Assembly: GCA_051294905.1 (NCBI GenBank)
Contig: CM119371.1
Location: 30,816,001-30,880,000 of the forward strand
Direction: 5' to 3'
DNA length: 64,000 nt
From: Botryllus schlosseri
Taxonomy: Eukaryota
Shown here: positions 35,230 through 48,260 of the stretch, one piece after another
Layout of the letters: each line of letters starts with the position of its first letter
How positions within the stretch are numbered: position 1 is the first letter of the stretch
Position numbers and translations under genes: made by a program
Notes under the pieces: generated by a model
Databases searched by the model: none
The model's input: only the letters and a program-made list of their open reading frames with translations
Told to the model about the DNA's origin: nothing

Positions 35230-35576
35230 AAGTTGTTTTCACGTGTGATCATCATTCTGTCCATCGTCATTATAACCAGACAGGTGATGGTTATGGATAT
35301 TTTAGTGGTGGAGTTCAAGCCGGTTCCGGTATCGGGAGTTTGTTTAAATCACTTGGTCGTTTAGTGACACCTATTGCGAAATACGCTGGCGGTCAATTGT
35401 TACGGACTGGAGGTGAAATAGCGAGAGATCTATTACGGGGTTACTCGATCAAGTCTAGTGTTGTCAAGAGAAGTAAACAAGCCGGCGGTCGAGTGATTGA
35501 TAAAATTTTAACCCCAAAAGCTATAAAAAGGAAAAAAAACAAAGTCAAAGAACACTTCATCCAAACGTCGTCGTAA
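35226..35576 (+). CDS. Basic virion core/membrane-active protein with QxGxG cleavage motifs
   Basis: QTGDG and QAGSG followed by amphipathic IGSLFKSLGRLVTPIAK; basic tail; immediately upstream of MCP. Confidence 0.78.
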   Translation: MKVVFTCDHHSVHRHYNQTGDGYGYFSGGVQAGSGIGSLFKSLGRLVTPIAKYAGGQLLRTGGEIARDLLRGYSIKSSVVKRSKQAGGRVIDKILTPKAIKRKKNKVKEHFIQTSS

Positions 35577-35603
35577 ACAACAGGATATATTCGACTAAGA
35601 ACT

Positions 35604-36875
35604 ATGTTGATGCACGCGGGTTCCAGAGAATGCCATAACTCGGGATTAAACATATTTAGTATACCCCACACACAAACCAGTATTGAGGAATCGCAATATG
35701 TCGTCGTCAAACCCCATAGTTTAGGTAATGTCATGGAAGTACAATTACCAAGGACGGATCGATATATGGATCTACAAAACACATTCTTGAGATTACGTCT
35801 GAAGCTCACTAAACGCGATGGAACTGATTTAGCAAACGATACACAAGTGGGTCTGGTCAATAACATGTTGGATTCTCTTTTCAAACAAATTGATGTAACT
35901 ATTTCAAATGAGGTTATCACAAATTCGGATAATTGTCATGCGTACAAAGCTTATATCTCCCGGTTGTTGAATGATACTCACGGTGCCTCGGAGAGTTTTG
36001 TGCAAGGACAAGGTTTTTATAAAGATGTCGCTGGCTCTATGGATGCTCTTGGTGCAGCGAATACTGGATATGTTAAACGAAAAGACCTTACAAAAAACAG
36101 CACCCCGCTAGAGTTGATCGGAAAAATTCGAATGGGTCTTTTTGAACAGTCTAGATGTATGTTGGATAATGTCGACATGAAATTAAAATTTACACGTAAC
36201 GAAGATAATTTTTGTCTGCTTGGTGATGCGGAAGATGTACAAATTGTTTTACTCGAAATGGAGGTGTATGTCAAACAGATGAAGATCGCTGAAAGTGTAA
36301 GCTTAGCACACAAGTCTGTATTACAGAAGAATACTGCCAAGTACCCCTGGATACGCTTACAAATGTCGACTCATACATTCGCCGCGGGTTTGTCGAAAAT
36401 TGATAGAGAGTTAGTTAGCGGTACCATGCCAAAGAAGATCGTAATTGGTTTAGTTGAGACCACGACATTTAACGGTGTTCGAGCCAAAAATCCATTCAAC
36501 TTTAAACACTTTGATGTTCAAAATCTTTCGTTAAGTGTGGACGGGCGACAAATTAACGGCCGCGAATTTCATTTCGATTTTGATAAACACGGCGGACTGG
36601 AAGGTTATATGACACTATTCTCCCAGACAGGTCGCTGGGAATCCGAGGCACCTTTAAATATTTCACGCAAAGATTATGTCAACGGATACACTCTTTTTGT
36701 GTTTGATTTGACACCCGATAATAGTTTGGGATGTTATCAACTTCATAAGACAGGAACTGTGCATCTGGTTTTGACTACGTCGAAGCCTTTACCAACCTCC
36801 GTAACCTTGTTATGTTTGAAGGAGTTTCAACATCTTCTACAGCTGAATCAAAAAAGACAAGTCGTCGAAATATGA
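35604..36875 (+). CDS. Double jelly-roll major capsid protein (423 aa)
   Basis: LNIFSIPHTQTSIE, VNNMLDSLFKQIDV, PKKIVIGLV, NPFNFKHFDV, YVNGYTLFVFDLTPD typical of Polinton MCP. Confidence 0.93.
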   Translation: MLMHAGSRECHNSGLNIFSIPHTQTSIEESQYVVVKPHSLGNVMEVQLPRTDRYMDLQNTFLRLRLKLTKRDGTDLANDTQVGLVNNMLDSLFKQIDVTISNEVITNSDNCHAYKAYISRLLNDTHGASESFVQGQGFYKDVAGSMDALGAANTGYVKRKDLTKNSTPLELIGKIRMGLFEQSRCMLDNVDMKLKFTRNEDNFCLLGDAEDVQIVLLEMEVYVKQMKIAESVSLAHKSVLQKNTAKYPWIRLQMSTHTFAAGLSKIDRELVSGTMPKKIVIGLVETTTFNGVRAKNPFNFKHFDVQNLSLSVDGRQINGREFHFDFDKHGGLEGYMTLFSQTGRWESEAPLNISRKDYVNGYTLFVFDLTPDNSLGCYQLHKTGTVHLVLTTSKPLPTSVTLLCLKEFQHLLQLNQKRQVVEI

Positions 36876-37315
36876 ATACGTCTGAGATCAATGATATTCT
36901 CTATAACCACCCTGACACACAAAGTCTATATCTAGGCACTTATCCAGTAGACCAGTTACCAAAGAAACCAACTAACGGGAAATTCGCTATCACCATTAAT
37001 TACGACGAATCGAGTTTGCCTGGATCTCACTGGGTGTCTATATACAGAGATGAGGATACTCATTTTCATGATTCACTAGGTTTCGGACCACTAAAACCTC
37101 AGATATTCCAATTCCTGGAGCCAGATGAATTTTCTGTGACTGGGAAACAGTTACAGAGTAAAACTTCGGATGTGTGTGGAGATCATGCTATCGCATTCTT
37201 GATAACAAGAGCTCAAGGGTTTTCAACCGAGGAATACTTGGATAGTTTTGGCGATGATAAAAAAGTGAATGATACGATTGTACGTGCTTTTGTGAAGAGT
37301 TTGATTTCAGAGTAA
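36872..37315 (+). CDS. Adenain-like capsid maturation cysteine protease (147 aa)
   Basis: PGSHWV (His), FHDSLG (Asp), QLQSKTSDVCGDH (Gln/Cys); ATGA overlap with the MCP stop. Confidence 0.92.
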   Translation: MNTSEINDILYNHPDTQSLYLGTYPVDQLPKKPTNGKFAITINYDESSLPGSHWVSIYRDEDTHFHDSLGFGPLKPQIFQFLEPDEFSVTGKQLQSKTSDVCGDHAIAFLITRAQGFSTEEYLDSFGDDKKVNDTIVRAFVKSLISE

Positions 37316-37387
37316 TAAACGAATGTGTAAATGTGTATACTTGTGATTCTTGTTGTGGTTGTGAACAGCAGACTATTTCGTAGGCGG

Positions 37388-38242
37388 GAAACAGCGAATA
37401 ATCCGAAAGTATTATTCAGGTAGCAATCAATAGCGAGGAAAGAGAACACGATCGGTCATTTGACACGACTAAACTACGACATCATATATCATAATTTACG
37501 ATCAAACTATTTCGCGCTGAATGGAATAGTGTAATATTCGATAGTAGCGGCTGGACGTGAAACAATTCAGCGCGCAGGTCATTCGAAATATAGGTCGCGC
37601 TGCTTAATCCCCACAACAAGCCGCGTTTCCGTTTGTGCGGTTATTGTTGGTGACTCGTACATATTCAACACCGCGCGAGAGATGCCTGAAAGTGCGAATC
37701 ACGACCGCACCCATAAGAACACATGGCGAGTCACCACAGATCCCGTAAGAATACATGACAGACACATTTATCGTCGTTAGCATGTCGCCGCACGTATACC
37801 AAAAAACATTAGCATGTCACCACGAGTTTTCACGTTAGCATGGGACCGCCGCCTATACCCGAAAACGTTAGCATGCCACCACGAGTTTCGCGTTATCATG
37901 CGACCGCACCCATAAGACGAAAACGTTAGCATGCCACCCCGGCCATAAGACGAAAACGTTAGCATGCCACCCCCGCCATAAGATGAAAACGTTAGCATGC
38001 CACCCCCGCCATAAGATGAAAACGTTAGCATGCGACCCCCGCCATAAGATGAAAACGTTAGCATGCCACCCCCGCCATAAGATGAAAACGTTAGCATGCC
38101 ACCCCCGCCATAAGATGAAAACGTTAGCATGCGACCCCCGCCATAAGATGAAAACGTTAGCATGCGACCCCCGGTTTCGCGTTAGCATGCGACCCCGCCC
38201 ATAAGCCACAACGCCAATGTGCCAGCGATCTACTATACTACT
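37388..38242 (-). repeat. Right terminal inverted repeat
   Basis: Reverse complement of 22413-23267. Confidence 0.95.
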
Positions 38243-41200
38243 CACGGGCGTCTCATGTAAACTTCGCCGCAAAGTTGGGGTACATCAGAGGTGTAACGGC
38301 GTCACAAGTCATTCTCACTTTCATAGTTTTGACTCCTCGAGTAAGTCGGGTCATTTAGTCATGCCTAAGTCAGTGAGTACGATTAGAGGGTCGAGTGATC
38401 GTGCTGTGAATAGAGTTTTTGCACACTTTTTCAACTCTGATCGAGTGACATATAGAATGGCTCGCATTCATAATATTTTAATTTTTCTCAATCGTAACAG
38501 TTTCTGGCCTTATTTTCCAAGTCCCAGGACTGATGGACGAATTACCAATTGTGGTGACTTCACTATTAGAAGTTAAAATGACATGTCTGTCTTGGCCGTC
38601 CTCTCGTCTCGAGTCATGCACAAAGACTCGAGTAGCCTACAAGTCGAGACAATACATAAATTGATTCGAGTCGAGTCATTTTTCCCATTTGAAAAAGTGA
38701 CTTAAGTCCCAAAAAAATCGTGACTCACGCCGAGTCATTACAACCCCGGGGTAGGCCTACATAAGTTATATGTTCGGCTTCATCCAGGTGGGTCTGCTAA
38801 TTAGGGAATCGCGTTTTCGAGATGTAGGGAAGACCGGGGTTAGTTGTGAAGATTTTGTCCATTTCTGGCCTCACGGCTTTTCTACTCGGCTTGCGCAAAT
38901 GATTTTGTTACACTGTCTACACTAATCACCCACTTACTTTTACAAAGTGGAATGGAACTAACGTGGATATAAGGGAGATTTATTTATTACTGATGACACC
39001 AGTGGAATGGAAAACATGGATTGTTCTCGATGATAATCCAATTGGACTATGGGGATTTCCAACCATTTTACGACCGAAATTCCGATATGACACAATTTTT
39101 CGCAACCCACTTGGTGATTACTAAAAATGCGCGCACCTTCACCCAGACGTAGGCCTACTGTAGAGGAAACCGGCGACTACGTGCGCACTGCACAGTAATG
39201 TTACCACTCTCTTGAAACAAATAGGCTATACTCATTTATTCAATTCATACACAACGCATCACCAGTAAGAGGGCTGCAGTTGCATCTTGGTGACAAGCTT
39301 GTCTCTGCGTGCGGGTGGCGGGACAGCATAGTGTGGTATGATCCACAGCTACAACTACAACACCAAACGATTGGACATTGCTTTTTCGGCTATGGTAATT
39401 GAGTAGAAATTTACCACGTTTATTACTACTACTATACTTCTACTTGATAGGCTATACCGACGATGAATACGCCTACTTGAAACCTCTGCTTACAACTACT
39501 GAAAAGCCTAAATTGCTGTCCATAGTTTCAAGACTTTTTTTACATTTGAGCGGCCTGAGGCAGACTTGGACTACTAGGAAGTTTCTGAATTAAAGCTAAA
39601 CAGTTTTTAGAATTATAGTATCGCTAGAAAAGCTATACACATTTTTTTCAAATTAGACTATATTTAGAATTATTAGAGCTGCATAGCGTTTTCCAAATTA
39701 GATTAGAATTAGAGCTACACAGTTTTCTTCCAAATAAGATTAGAATTAAAATTACTGAATTCGCAAAAACTTGGAAATTGAATGAATTTGTGAATGAGAA
39801 ATGATTACAGCATAATTTCAGTTCATATCAAACTATACAGTGCATTCCCGTGACCATGAGAATAGTTAAAAGCTGTATTTCAAGCTTTGCTCGTTTTGCA
39901 CTATACTAGGGGTAATCAACTCATCAACCCGCAGCTGGCGATCTGACTTTTTGGAAGATTATCGGGCCACGTATGACCTATCGATCTCGCTTTCCATGAC
40001 ATGCCGCCCTATTTCTTGTCGCATTCTTCTTCTATACTATCTTCTCTACTTTCATTCAGTGTGCATGCCTCCTCTTTACATCGCCTAGGCCAAGGTGGGT
40101 GTCAGATTCCATAGACTACTCCTTGTCGCTTCGACATCTTCCTGTCTTTTCATTGTATCGCATTTTTGTGTTGTATTGAACTGATAAAATTGCTAATAAA
40201 CCAATGATGATGATGATGATGATGATTCATTTTGTTTGCCAATTGTGTTAGATTATTATGCAATAATAATGCTGCTCAATTCCTGTTAGAGCGGGAAACC
40301 CTATAACTGCATTTCCTGTCAACTTTCGACACCATGTTGGTACCAGGGTCTTTACCACGGGAAGGAACTCACCAAAGCGGTACGGCATCATCACATTCCT
40401 CGTAGCATTATTTGGAATAAGTCGTAATGCATGGTGTGTTTAGATGCAGAATAAGCCGCTCGAAAAATCCATCGTGACATCTATCCACCTTGGGAATCAT
40501 TGGATTTTTCTGGTAATCCATTTTCTTGATAAAATTTCTGTTGTATGCTGGACCAGTCATACCTCGCTTTGCGTTTTTGTTAAGGCCAGCGACATAGAAG
40601 CAAAGCTTCTTTATGTTTACGATTCCCTTGGCAATGAAGAAGTTACACAGAAACTTTGTTGCAACACTGGAAGTGAGATTATTGAAAAGGTAAAATTAAA
40701 AAAATAATTTCATTGCTCGGTTTATCGAAAATTAGAGGGTACTGGACTCATCACAAGCCCGAGCCCGAGAGTTCCGTGGATTGGACCGTAATATGCTTTC
40801 CACACGATGCCCAAACAGACACTTTTAACTGTGGAGTCCTGGTGCTGAAGGTATGAATTTCATTCATATATATATATGAAAATATGATTTTTTCCGTGCC
40901 AAACGTGAATAGTAATAGTATATTACATTTTCACGATGTTTTTTGGAATACCTATCTGCAAGGTCCCGCCAAAAAGGCCTACTTGGAAATTATACATTGA
41001 ATACCCCTAATAATGATGCTGCGGCGGCCCGCGGCGTCATTAAAAACTAGGAAATTGACCCGCAAGCACGTTTGAGCTGGAGACCTCGGGCTTAAAACAT
41101 GTTTCAATCAACGTGTTTTGAAACACCGTTTGTTGTAAATGCGAGCCTAGTTACATCAATTCTATTCAAACTCCCAGCGACTGATTTATCATTTTGCATT

Positions 41201-42860
41201 GTCTGCGATGAGGCTTCTTTCAGTTTAGAGAACAGTCACCTCTGATCGAATACCAAGAGCATATGACGCCTCGACCAAATCTACTTTTCTAAATTACTTG
41301 AGTTCTTTTGAGACCTATCACGTTCTTGGAAATCGATACCTATACCTGTAATTGATTAGAAATTTAAGATATTACTGGCACTGCTACTGCAGTAGCAACG
41401 ATAACTATACGTCAGCCACCTCTGATTACTCGTATGAAAACATTTGGTTGGTGTTCCTATAGTTTGCGGAAAAGTTCTTGTTGGGTGAGGCCACCGATTT
41501 TCCGGCAAGCACTGATTGCAAACGCTATCGCGAGACCATTGGAAACATGTTGCTCGAACGAACAGGTATAAATGTTAGCTGTTATTTAGTGGTAAAATAT
41601 CATATTGCTTCTTTTACATATAGATGAGAAAGTTCTACTCGAAAGTCGAAATGGGTAAGTAGAATGCTTGCTGACTCTCGAATCAGAAATTAACTTATTG
41701 TTCCAAGCGAGATAGCGTAATGTTGATCGAGTTCGACATTATGACGCAACAATTCTGTCTGGATTGAAGCTCAGTAAAAAGAGCCAGACAGCATAGTTGC
41801 GTCACAAGGTCAAGCTCGATCACCATGCAAAATTCGAGGCTGATTTTGGGGTGTTCAAGGAACATGATCAGAATGAAATATATATTTTCGTAATCAGCAC
41901 AGCAGCAGCTTTCAATTGATGCCCATTTTATCAAATTTAGCGATCGGTAAGCCGGTCAAAATTGGTCGTAAAATTGCCCTTGGACAAATGGAAAGTGTGT
42001 CGTCAGCCAAATGCAGTGGGCCGTTCAATCTCGCTGTGACAACACCACGCTATGTTGGCTTTTATCAAAATACGAAAATGACTCGAGCTTGACTCGACTT
42101 GGACTCGAATCATTGCGCATGACTCGCACCAAGTTATATGACTCGAATCTCAACGGCATTGACCGACAATTCATTGTAATTCAAATGAATAGTGAAGCAA
42201 CCAGCACACTGTTGGTATTTCGCCTTGGTACTGGCACTTGAAAATGCGAGCAGAAACTGTTGAAAGTGAGGAAAATTAGTATATTTTAAGTGCGCACCAG
42301 AGTTGGATCAATTGTAATTTGTAATTGTAATTGAATGTAATTAATTACATTTTTCAATGTAATTGTAATGTAATTGTAATTGAAGCATTTTTATTTTGTG
42401 TAATTGTAATTGTAATTGTAATTTGACAAAAATTTTGCTCAATTACAATTTCAATTACATTAAATTGCTATTGAGACCTGACAAGCACATATAAAATAAT
42501 TGACCTATAATGCATTCTCTTTAAATGTCGACAAGGAATTTGGTGGATCCATTCGCGGAAGCCCTTGACTGCGCCCTTGCGGGCGTAGTTTTTTTCTATT
42601 TTTACCGCTATGCTGGCCTAGGCTGCCATTGTATACAATTTTTAGATTACTAACCAACGGATGTATTCGCAACACGTGACTCACGATTGAATACGCCGAG
42701 AAGCGAACTGTTGAGCCGGCTAAAAGCAGCAGAATTGATATTCCCATAGCTGGCGATCCAAGCGTCGAAATTTGATATGTATGGTCCTAATCGAAAGCTA
42801 GTGTCGCACTGATTCCGCAATAAAAGTATATTTCCAGGCAATGGTATCATCCCAAAATAG

Positions 42861-44946
42861 CAGGGTTGTAACCAAGTCACATGGTTCCGAGTCACGAGTC
42901 AATCTGACTTTTGTGGTTTTGACTCGAGTCGAGTCGAGTCATTTTCAATTCATCACCGACTCGAGTCCGAGTCCAAGTCACCGTTTTAAGGGTCAAGTCC
43001 GAGTCATAGTGTTATGACTCGAGTCGAGTCCAAGTCACAGTATTGAAGTCATATGTTCAACTTATGTTTTCAATCCGGCTTGGGTGATATCGAATTCCTT
43101 GCTTGCCAAACATGCTTATTTTGTCCCTATCATAGTCTTGGCACAAGTTTATTTAGTTAGGCAGATAACAGACAGTTTCTGGCCTCATATACCGATGCTA
43201 CAGATAGACGAGACAGGCCGCCAATACGATAACGTTACTAATCTTAGAACTTTAAATCAAATATATGTCTTGTCAGTCTGATATATCACAAATAAAAGCA
43301 TTCAGTTTTTATTACGAGCACATCGACGACCGCTCACAAATAGCTTATAGAGAATTAACGAATTCACGTCTACATACTATCTGATAGAAGACCTACGAAT
43401 TCACGTCTAGCTAGATACAAGCTGGTAAAGAATCAACAGATAAATGCTTATGTAGAGGTACAGCTTTGCTTTCACATCATATCAGGTGGTTGACCAGAAA
43501 AAAGGTCAACTTTCCTGCTCAGCTGCCGAAATAGTCGCCGGAGCGTTACTTTAGTGCTGAGTTACTGTTGTCTTAGTCTAATTTGCCCTAAATTTACCAA
43601 AAAAATTCTCAAAGCTACTTCTTAAAATTGTTAGATTATCTAAAAGAACTTAAATTTGGCTTAATTCCAACCAGTAGAAAGCAATGCTAAGAGAAAATAT
43701 TTTGGATTAATTACAAATAGAGACTTTCGAAATATACCGGCTACCTCATGATATTGTTAGATTGTGTAAAAATATGATTCATAGAAAATTTGGCTCAATT
43801 CCAACTAGAAGAAGCGGAGTTATTAGAGTGGAATATTTTGGATATGAAAAAGTAGTCGACTTACTGCTAGTATGTAATTATATTATATGAAATCATTTCT
43901 CACTAAAAATACTCCATGTATTTTCAAATCCAAACTTTTCTCCTCTCATTTCATTGATTCCACTTTTTCAAATTAGGCCAGATTCAGTGTTCTTTTTATG
44001 CAACGTAGCAATTTTATCAAGTAGCCACCCAGTAGAACAAAAAAGAAGGTATTTTTGATCGGCCCTATTGTACAAATATCACACAACATTCGCCATTCAT
44101 TATTATCACGTGCACAATGCACATACCTAACAAAACGTCAAATGGACGGAGGGTATTGTGTGTTTTCACAGACAGCAGATCAAATCAATGAGTTACACTT
44201 GAAAAATACTAAAGTGAAAAGGAGATTCTCATATATGTTGAGGCGGCATGGCCTTAGAATAATCCACATCCACTGGATACACGTTCCTCTGGTGCGTTAG
44301 ATGCAGGAATTGAAAAGCAAGTTTGAACCACACTGAAGAACATTAGATACTCTTACTCATCCATTCTAGTCGGCCAAAAATGCAAAGAATCATCGCCTTC
44401 ATATCTACACATGAGCTTATCAGTCTCTTCCAAGTAGGCTACTTGACCATCTGAGTCATTTCTTTGGCTCTAATTGGACGTTGCTTCGGTTGTTTGCTTG
44501 TATAATTGAAATGTCTTGAGTACTTTGTTGGCGGAGGATCTATTACCTCTTCATCACTGGATGATTTTGTACAATGCATTGCTCTTTGCTACTATGTCCC
44601 ATTGTCTTTTGTTTTTACGGCGGCGCACATCTGATATCAGACGAGTGCAACGAAAGCAGTGGTGACAAATAGCGATGTCGACAGAATTCGTCACATGCGT
44701 TGATCTAACCATTGTGATTCGCAACTTTCTTCACCTTCAAGTCACATAAAATAAGCCGAGTCAATGACTTGAATCGAGTCATGCGTAATGACTCGAGTAC
44801 AAGTCGAGTCAATCCAAATATTGACTCGAGTCGAGTCGAGTCATTTTCCCATTTCAAGAAAATGACTCGAGTCAAGTCGAGTCACAAAAAAATCGTGACT
44901 CGAGTCTGACTCGAGTCGAGTCATGACTCGAGTCATTACAACCCTG
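42861..44946. mobile_element. Nested hAT-type element (CAGGGTTGTAA family)
   Basis: TIR CAGGGTTGTAA / TTACAACCCTG; perfect TSD CAAAATAG. Confidence 0.88.
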
Positions 44947-45466
44947 CAAAATAGTCGTGAAAGTCTGGGAATCGGCATTGTTCTGAACAATCGCTAGGCG
45001 TAATTGGTAATTCTTGTGGTCATGCTGCTGCAGCGCTCTCACTTTTCAGAACACTCGGCCTTAAACGGCTATTTTGGAGCAGTTACATTGCCCTGACGAG
45101 ATTTTATTTTGTATTTTCGGAATTAGTATATCAATAGCTTACGATAAAGAACAAATGCATCAAATTTGGACGCATGGATCGCCAGCTTTAGGACCACAAA
45201 GTTTGCTGCTTTTAGCCGGCTCTGCAGTACGTTTGTCGGTGCATTCATCCGTGACTCACATCTTGGGCATCTATCCGTGGGTTGGCAATCTACAATACGA
45301 TTTCAGATCACGATGCTGCATCGTTATTTCGTTTGGCTAACTAACCAGACCACTGGATATTTTATAACGTCTTATCTGACAAAGCACGGTTTTTTTTCAC
45401 TCCTCATCCTAATTCCTACGTCCCTCGATAAAAATAATATTATTTCTTTAATTATATACTATATAC

Positions 45467-46402
45467 CAGTGGTCGGGAACCTATGGCTGGCGAGCCATAC
45501 ATGGCTCTTTTGGATATAAGATATGGCTCTTTGCCAAATATTTATTTTTGTACCGAATTGATCAATATTGCAGCGACTGGTTGGTAAATCTTCATCTCGG
45601 CCAGAATAATTATTCTCGTGGCAATATAAACATGTTTTTGGGAGTCAAAGACAATGTTTTCTTCAGGTTTAGGGGCTAAAACCCCCTATTTTAAAAATCA
45701 TCAAATTTTAGTTACTGTGACGCCGGCGGCCAATATCACTCGCGAATTCTATGTACCCGACTCGAAATCTTGAATTGTGCGATACGTTGATTAATCAAAG
45801 AGCATATAGCAGACATGGCGACGCCCATTTCAATACGCAGTTTTCAAATACGCATTGACTTAATTGATTCATTGATCTATGGCGCGAAATGAACGGTTGT
45901 GGATGTGACAATTACAAACTCGAATTACAAACAACGTCATAGCTATCCACGTTCTCGATTGGTAAGTAGCTCTGTGTAGTACCGGCGATAAAATGTAGGC
46001 GTGTAGCGCAACGTTATGTTACCGCCGAATACTTTGAGAATTGGGAAATCGGTACGTATTTAGATTTTCGGAATCAGTGTGACAGTCACATTCGATTAAT
46101 ATCAGTTATAATAATTTCTATGCTACTTACGATGAATTGTGTTATCAATGGTGAGACTTGGCCCGTCTGTGCCTTACCTCTCGTTTCGAGCTTTATTTTC
46201 GAACAAAAAATAACAGTTTTTACAGAGAAATTATTGCGCATACGAGAAATCCCATGTAGTGAGCTCGCATTAGTACTACCATGACGTCACGACTTTTCAA
46301 TTGTGACGTAACAGTTGATTGGAATGTATGGCTCTTTGGGAGTTGAGATGGAAAAAATAGGGTCAATATGGCTCTTCGGACAAAAAAGGTTCCCGACCAC
46401 TG
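45467..46402. mobile_element. Nested hAT-type MITE
   Basis: TIR CAGTGGTCGGGAACC / GGTTCCCGACCACTG; perfect TSD CTATATAC. Confidence 0.88.
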
Positions 46403-48260
46403 CTATATACGCAAATCCAACACGTGCATATGTTATAATACTTTTTCAACGACATACTGCACCCTATCCTTAATCCTAACCCATAGGAAATTAGGTAAAT
46501 AACATTTTACATTTCCAATTACGTGAGCCATAATTACCAAGCATACAAAACACGCTTATATTACGTCACACTGACATCTCACATAGCATACTATGTACGC
46601 ACATAAACGCATTTATTACCACACAATCTGAACTAGACTTGAATTGTTGTTAAATACGACGCTACGGTTGTCAAGGAGCACGGTTGAATTTATGATTATT
46701 CAATTACATGTTCAACAGCAGCAATTGTAATTGTAATTGTAATGTAATTGAAGCATGCAAGGAGTAATTGTAATTGTAATTGTAATTTGATATTTTTAGC
46801 ATGAAGTAATTGTAATTGTAATGTAATTGAAACATTCATGAAAGTAATTGTAATTGTAATGTAATTGAACTGAAATAATTGTAATTGATCCAACTCTGGT
46901 GCGCACCATTCGATATCACCAAACAACGTTATAAAAAGTGGTTCCAACAAGACTTCAAGTAGAAACTGAGCAGTGAGCAGTCAACTCAATTACTTCGACT
47001 CGGACTTGAGTCAGAATACCACGACTCGGACTGGGCCCATTGCTCGCTGACTTTGACTTGGACTTGGGGGTGAATTGAAAATGACTCGACTTGACTCGAG
47101 TCAAAACTATAGAAGTGAAATTGACTCGTGACCCAGAGCCTTGTGACTTGGTTACTAGCCTGCTATGTTCACGTCATCCCTATTGGTGTAGCCTATTTTA
47201 ATCGAAATCGCGAAGTTCATGTTCAAGTTCAAATAAATTAATTACGGAACTGTAGGTCTTCACAATATTTTCCCTTTTCACTGTGTTATAGGTTACGTTA
47301 TAATTAGACGACAGAGACAGAAAGTTATACATTTTTTAAAATATCACATCAATAAACGTTTTAATTGTTTCAGAAACGATGCTAAAAGACCGCATCTGCT
47401 AATCCAATCGAGCTCTGAGGATGACGATATAGCCACGGAAGAAGGCAAAAAATCTATGGGAAAGCGCCGCAAAATGCCGGAAATTTCTTCAACAGTTACC
47501 TATCAGAGAGTTCCGATTTTCACTACATTTAAAGCACCGATCCCGGAAATGTTATCGGAAGAACAAAGCGAAGATATTTTTGAACACATTAGGAACATTT
47601 GCGTAAGCTCGCAAACCAAATCAAATCAGGAGCAGCAACACCTTCGTCGTCACGGGCTTTTTATGCTATCAAATAATCATGACAGGTTGAGAAAGCATGG
47701 CTATACAAATGATCTTTGGGAATACAATGACGTAGATTCGGTGTGTAAGTACGTCAAGTCGAAACTTTGCTTGCTGAGGACGTTTGCGAATAAATCAAAC
47801 GCATCCGGCCGAATACTTCCGAGACCAGGGGAATTAACAATCGAGGTGATCAACCCTGGCGTCATTGGAGAAAACTGTGATGTAATGAAATTTTTGAAAC
47901 CAGATTTCAAAGTCCATTCATATTTTAGACTTGTAATTTTGATTGAAATTATAATCAAACTAACCATGGTAAAAAAAAATCTCAACTACAAAGACGCTGA
48001 AGATCTTCTAGGATGTTATTCAACGATGGTAATAAGTTGAATAATAGAAGAGCTACAATTTTGAATAAGCTTTCCCGTATTCGTTATGTTGTTGTTGTTG
48101 TTGTTGTTGTTGTTATCTTGTACATTCTTACAGTTCGAAAAATATGATAAAATCGGAATTACTAGAATGATGTTTTATTGTTCCGGCTGTATCATTAGTG
48201 GAGGCTATGTACACTGGATAAGAGGACAGAGCAGAGCCATAAATCACGCGCTCTAAACCG

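Larger units (their letters stand above)
22413..38242 (+). mobile_element. Complete Polinton/Maverick (endogenous polintovirus/adintovirus-like element), 15,830 bp
   Basis: 6-bp TSD CACGGG (22407-22412, 38243-38248); termini AGTAGTATAGTAGATC...GATCTACTATACTACT; long TIRs; pPolB, ATPase, integrase, penton, MCP and protease genes. Confidence 0.98.
42298..46898. mobile_element. hAT-type non-autonomous element with AATTGT subterminal repeats, carrying nested insertions
   Basis: TIR CAGAGTTGGATCAATT / AATTGATCCAACTCTG; perfect 8-bp TSD GTGCGCAC. Confidence 0.88.
39225..48040 (+). pseudogene. Spliced Ulp1/C48-family cysteine protease gene, probably degenerate and possibly transposon-derived
   Basis: GT-AG exons 39225-39394, 39451-?, ~40290-40379, 40444-40512 (IHLGNHW), 40585-40672 (YVYDSLG), 40736-40850 (QTDTFNCGVLVLK), 41463-41565, 41624-41654, 47374-48040; His-Asp-Cys triad present; 1-nt phase conflict at 40672/40736; 5' end uncertain. 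Confidence 0.7.

Noticed and set aside
26544..36340. Antisense ORFs within Polinton genes (e.g. 26544-27050, 29577-29978, 35441-35920, 36017-36340)
   Set aside because: Shadows of well-supported sense-strand genes with no independent motifs.
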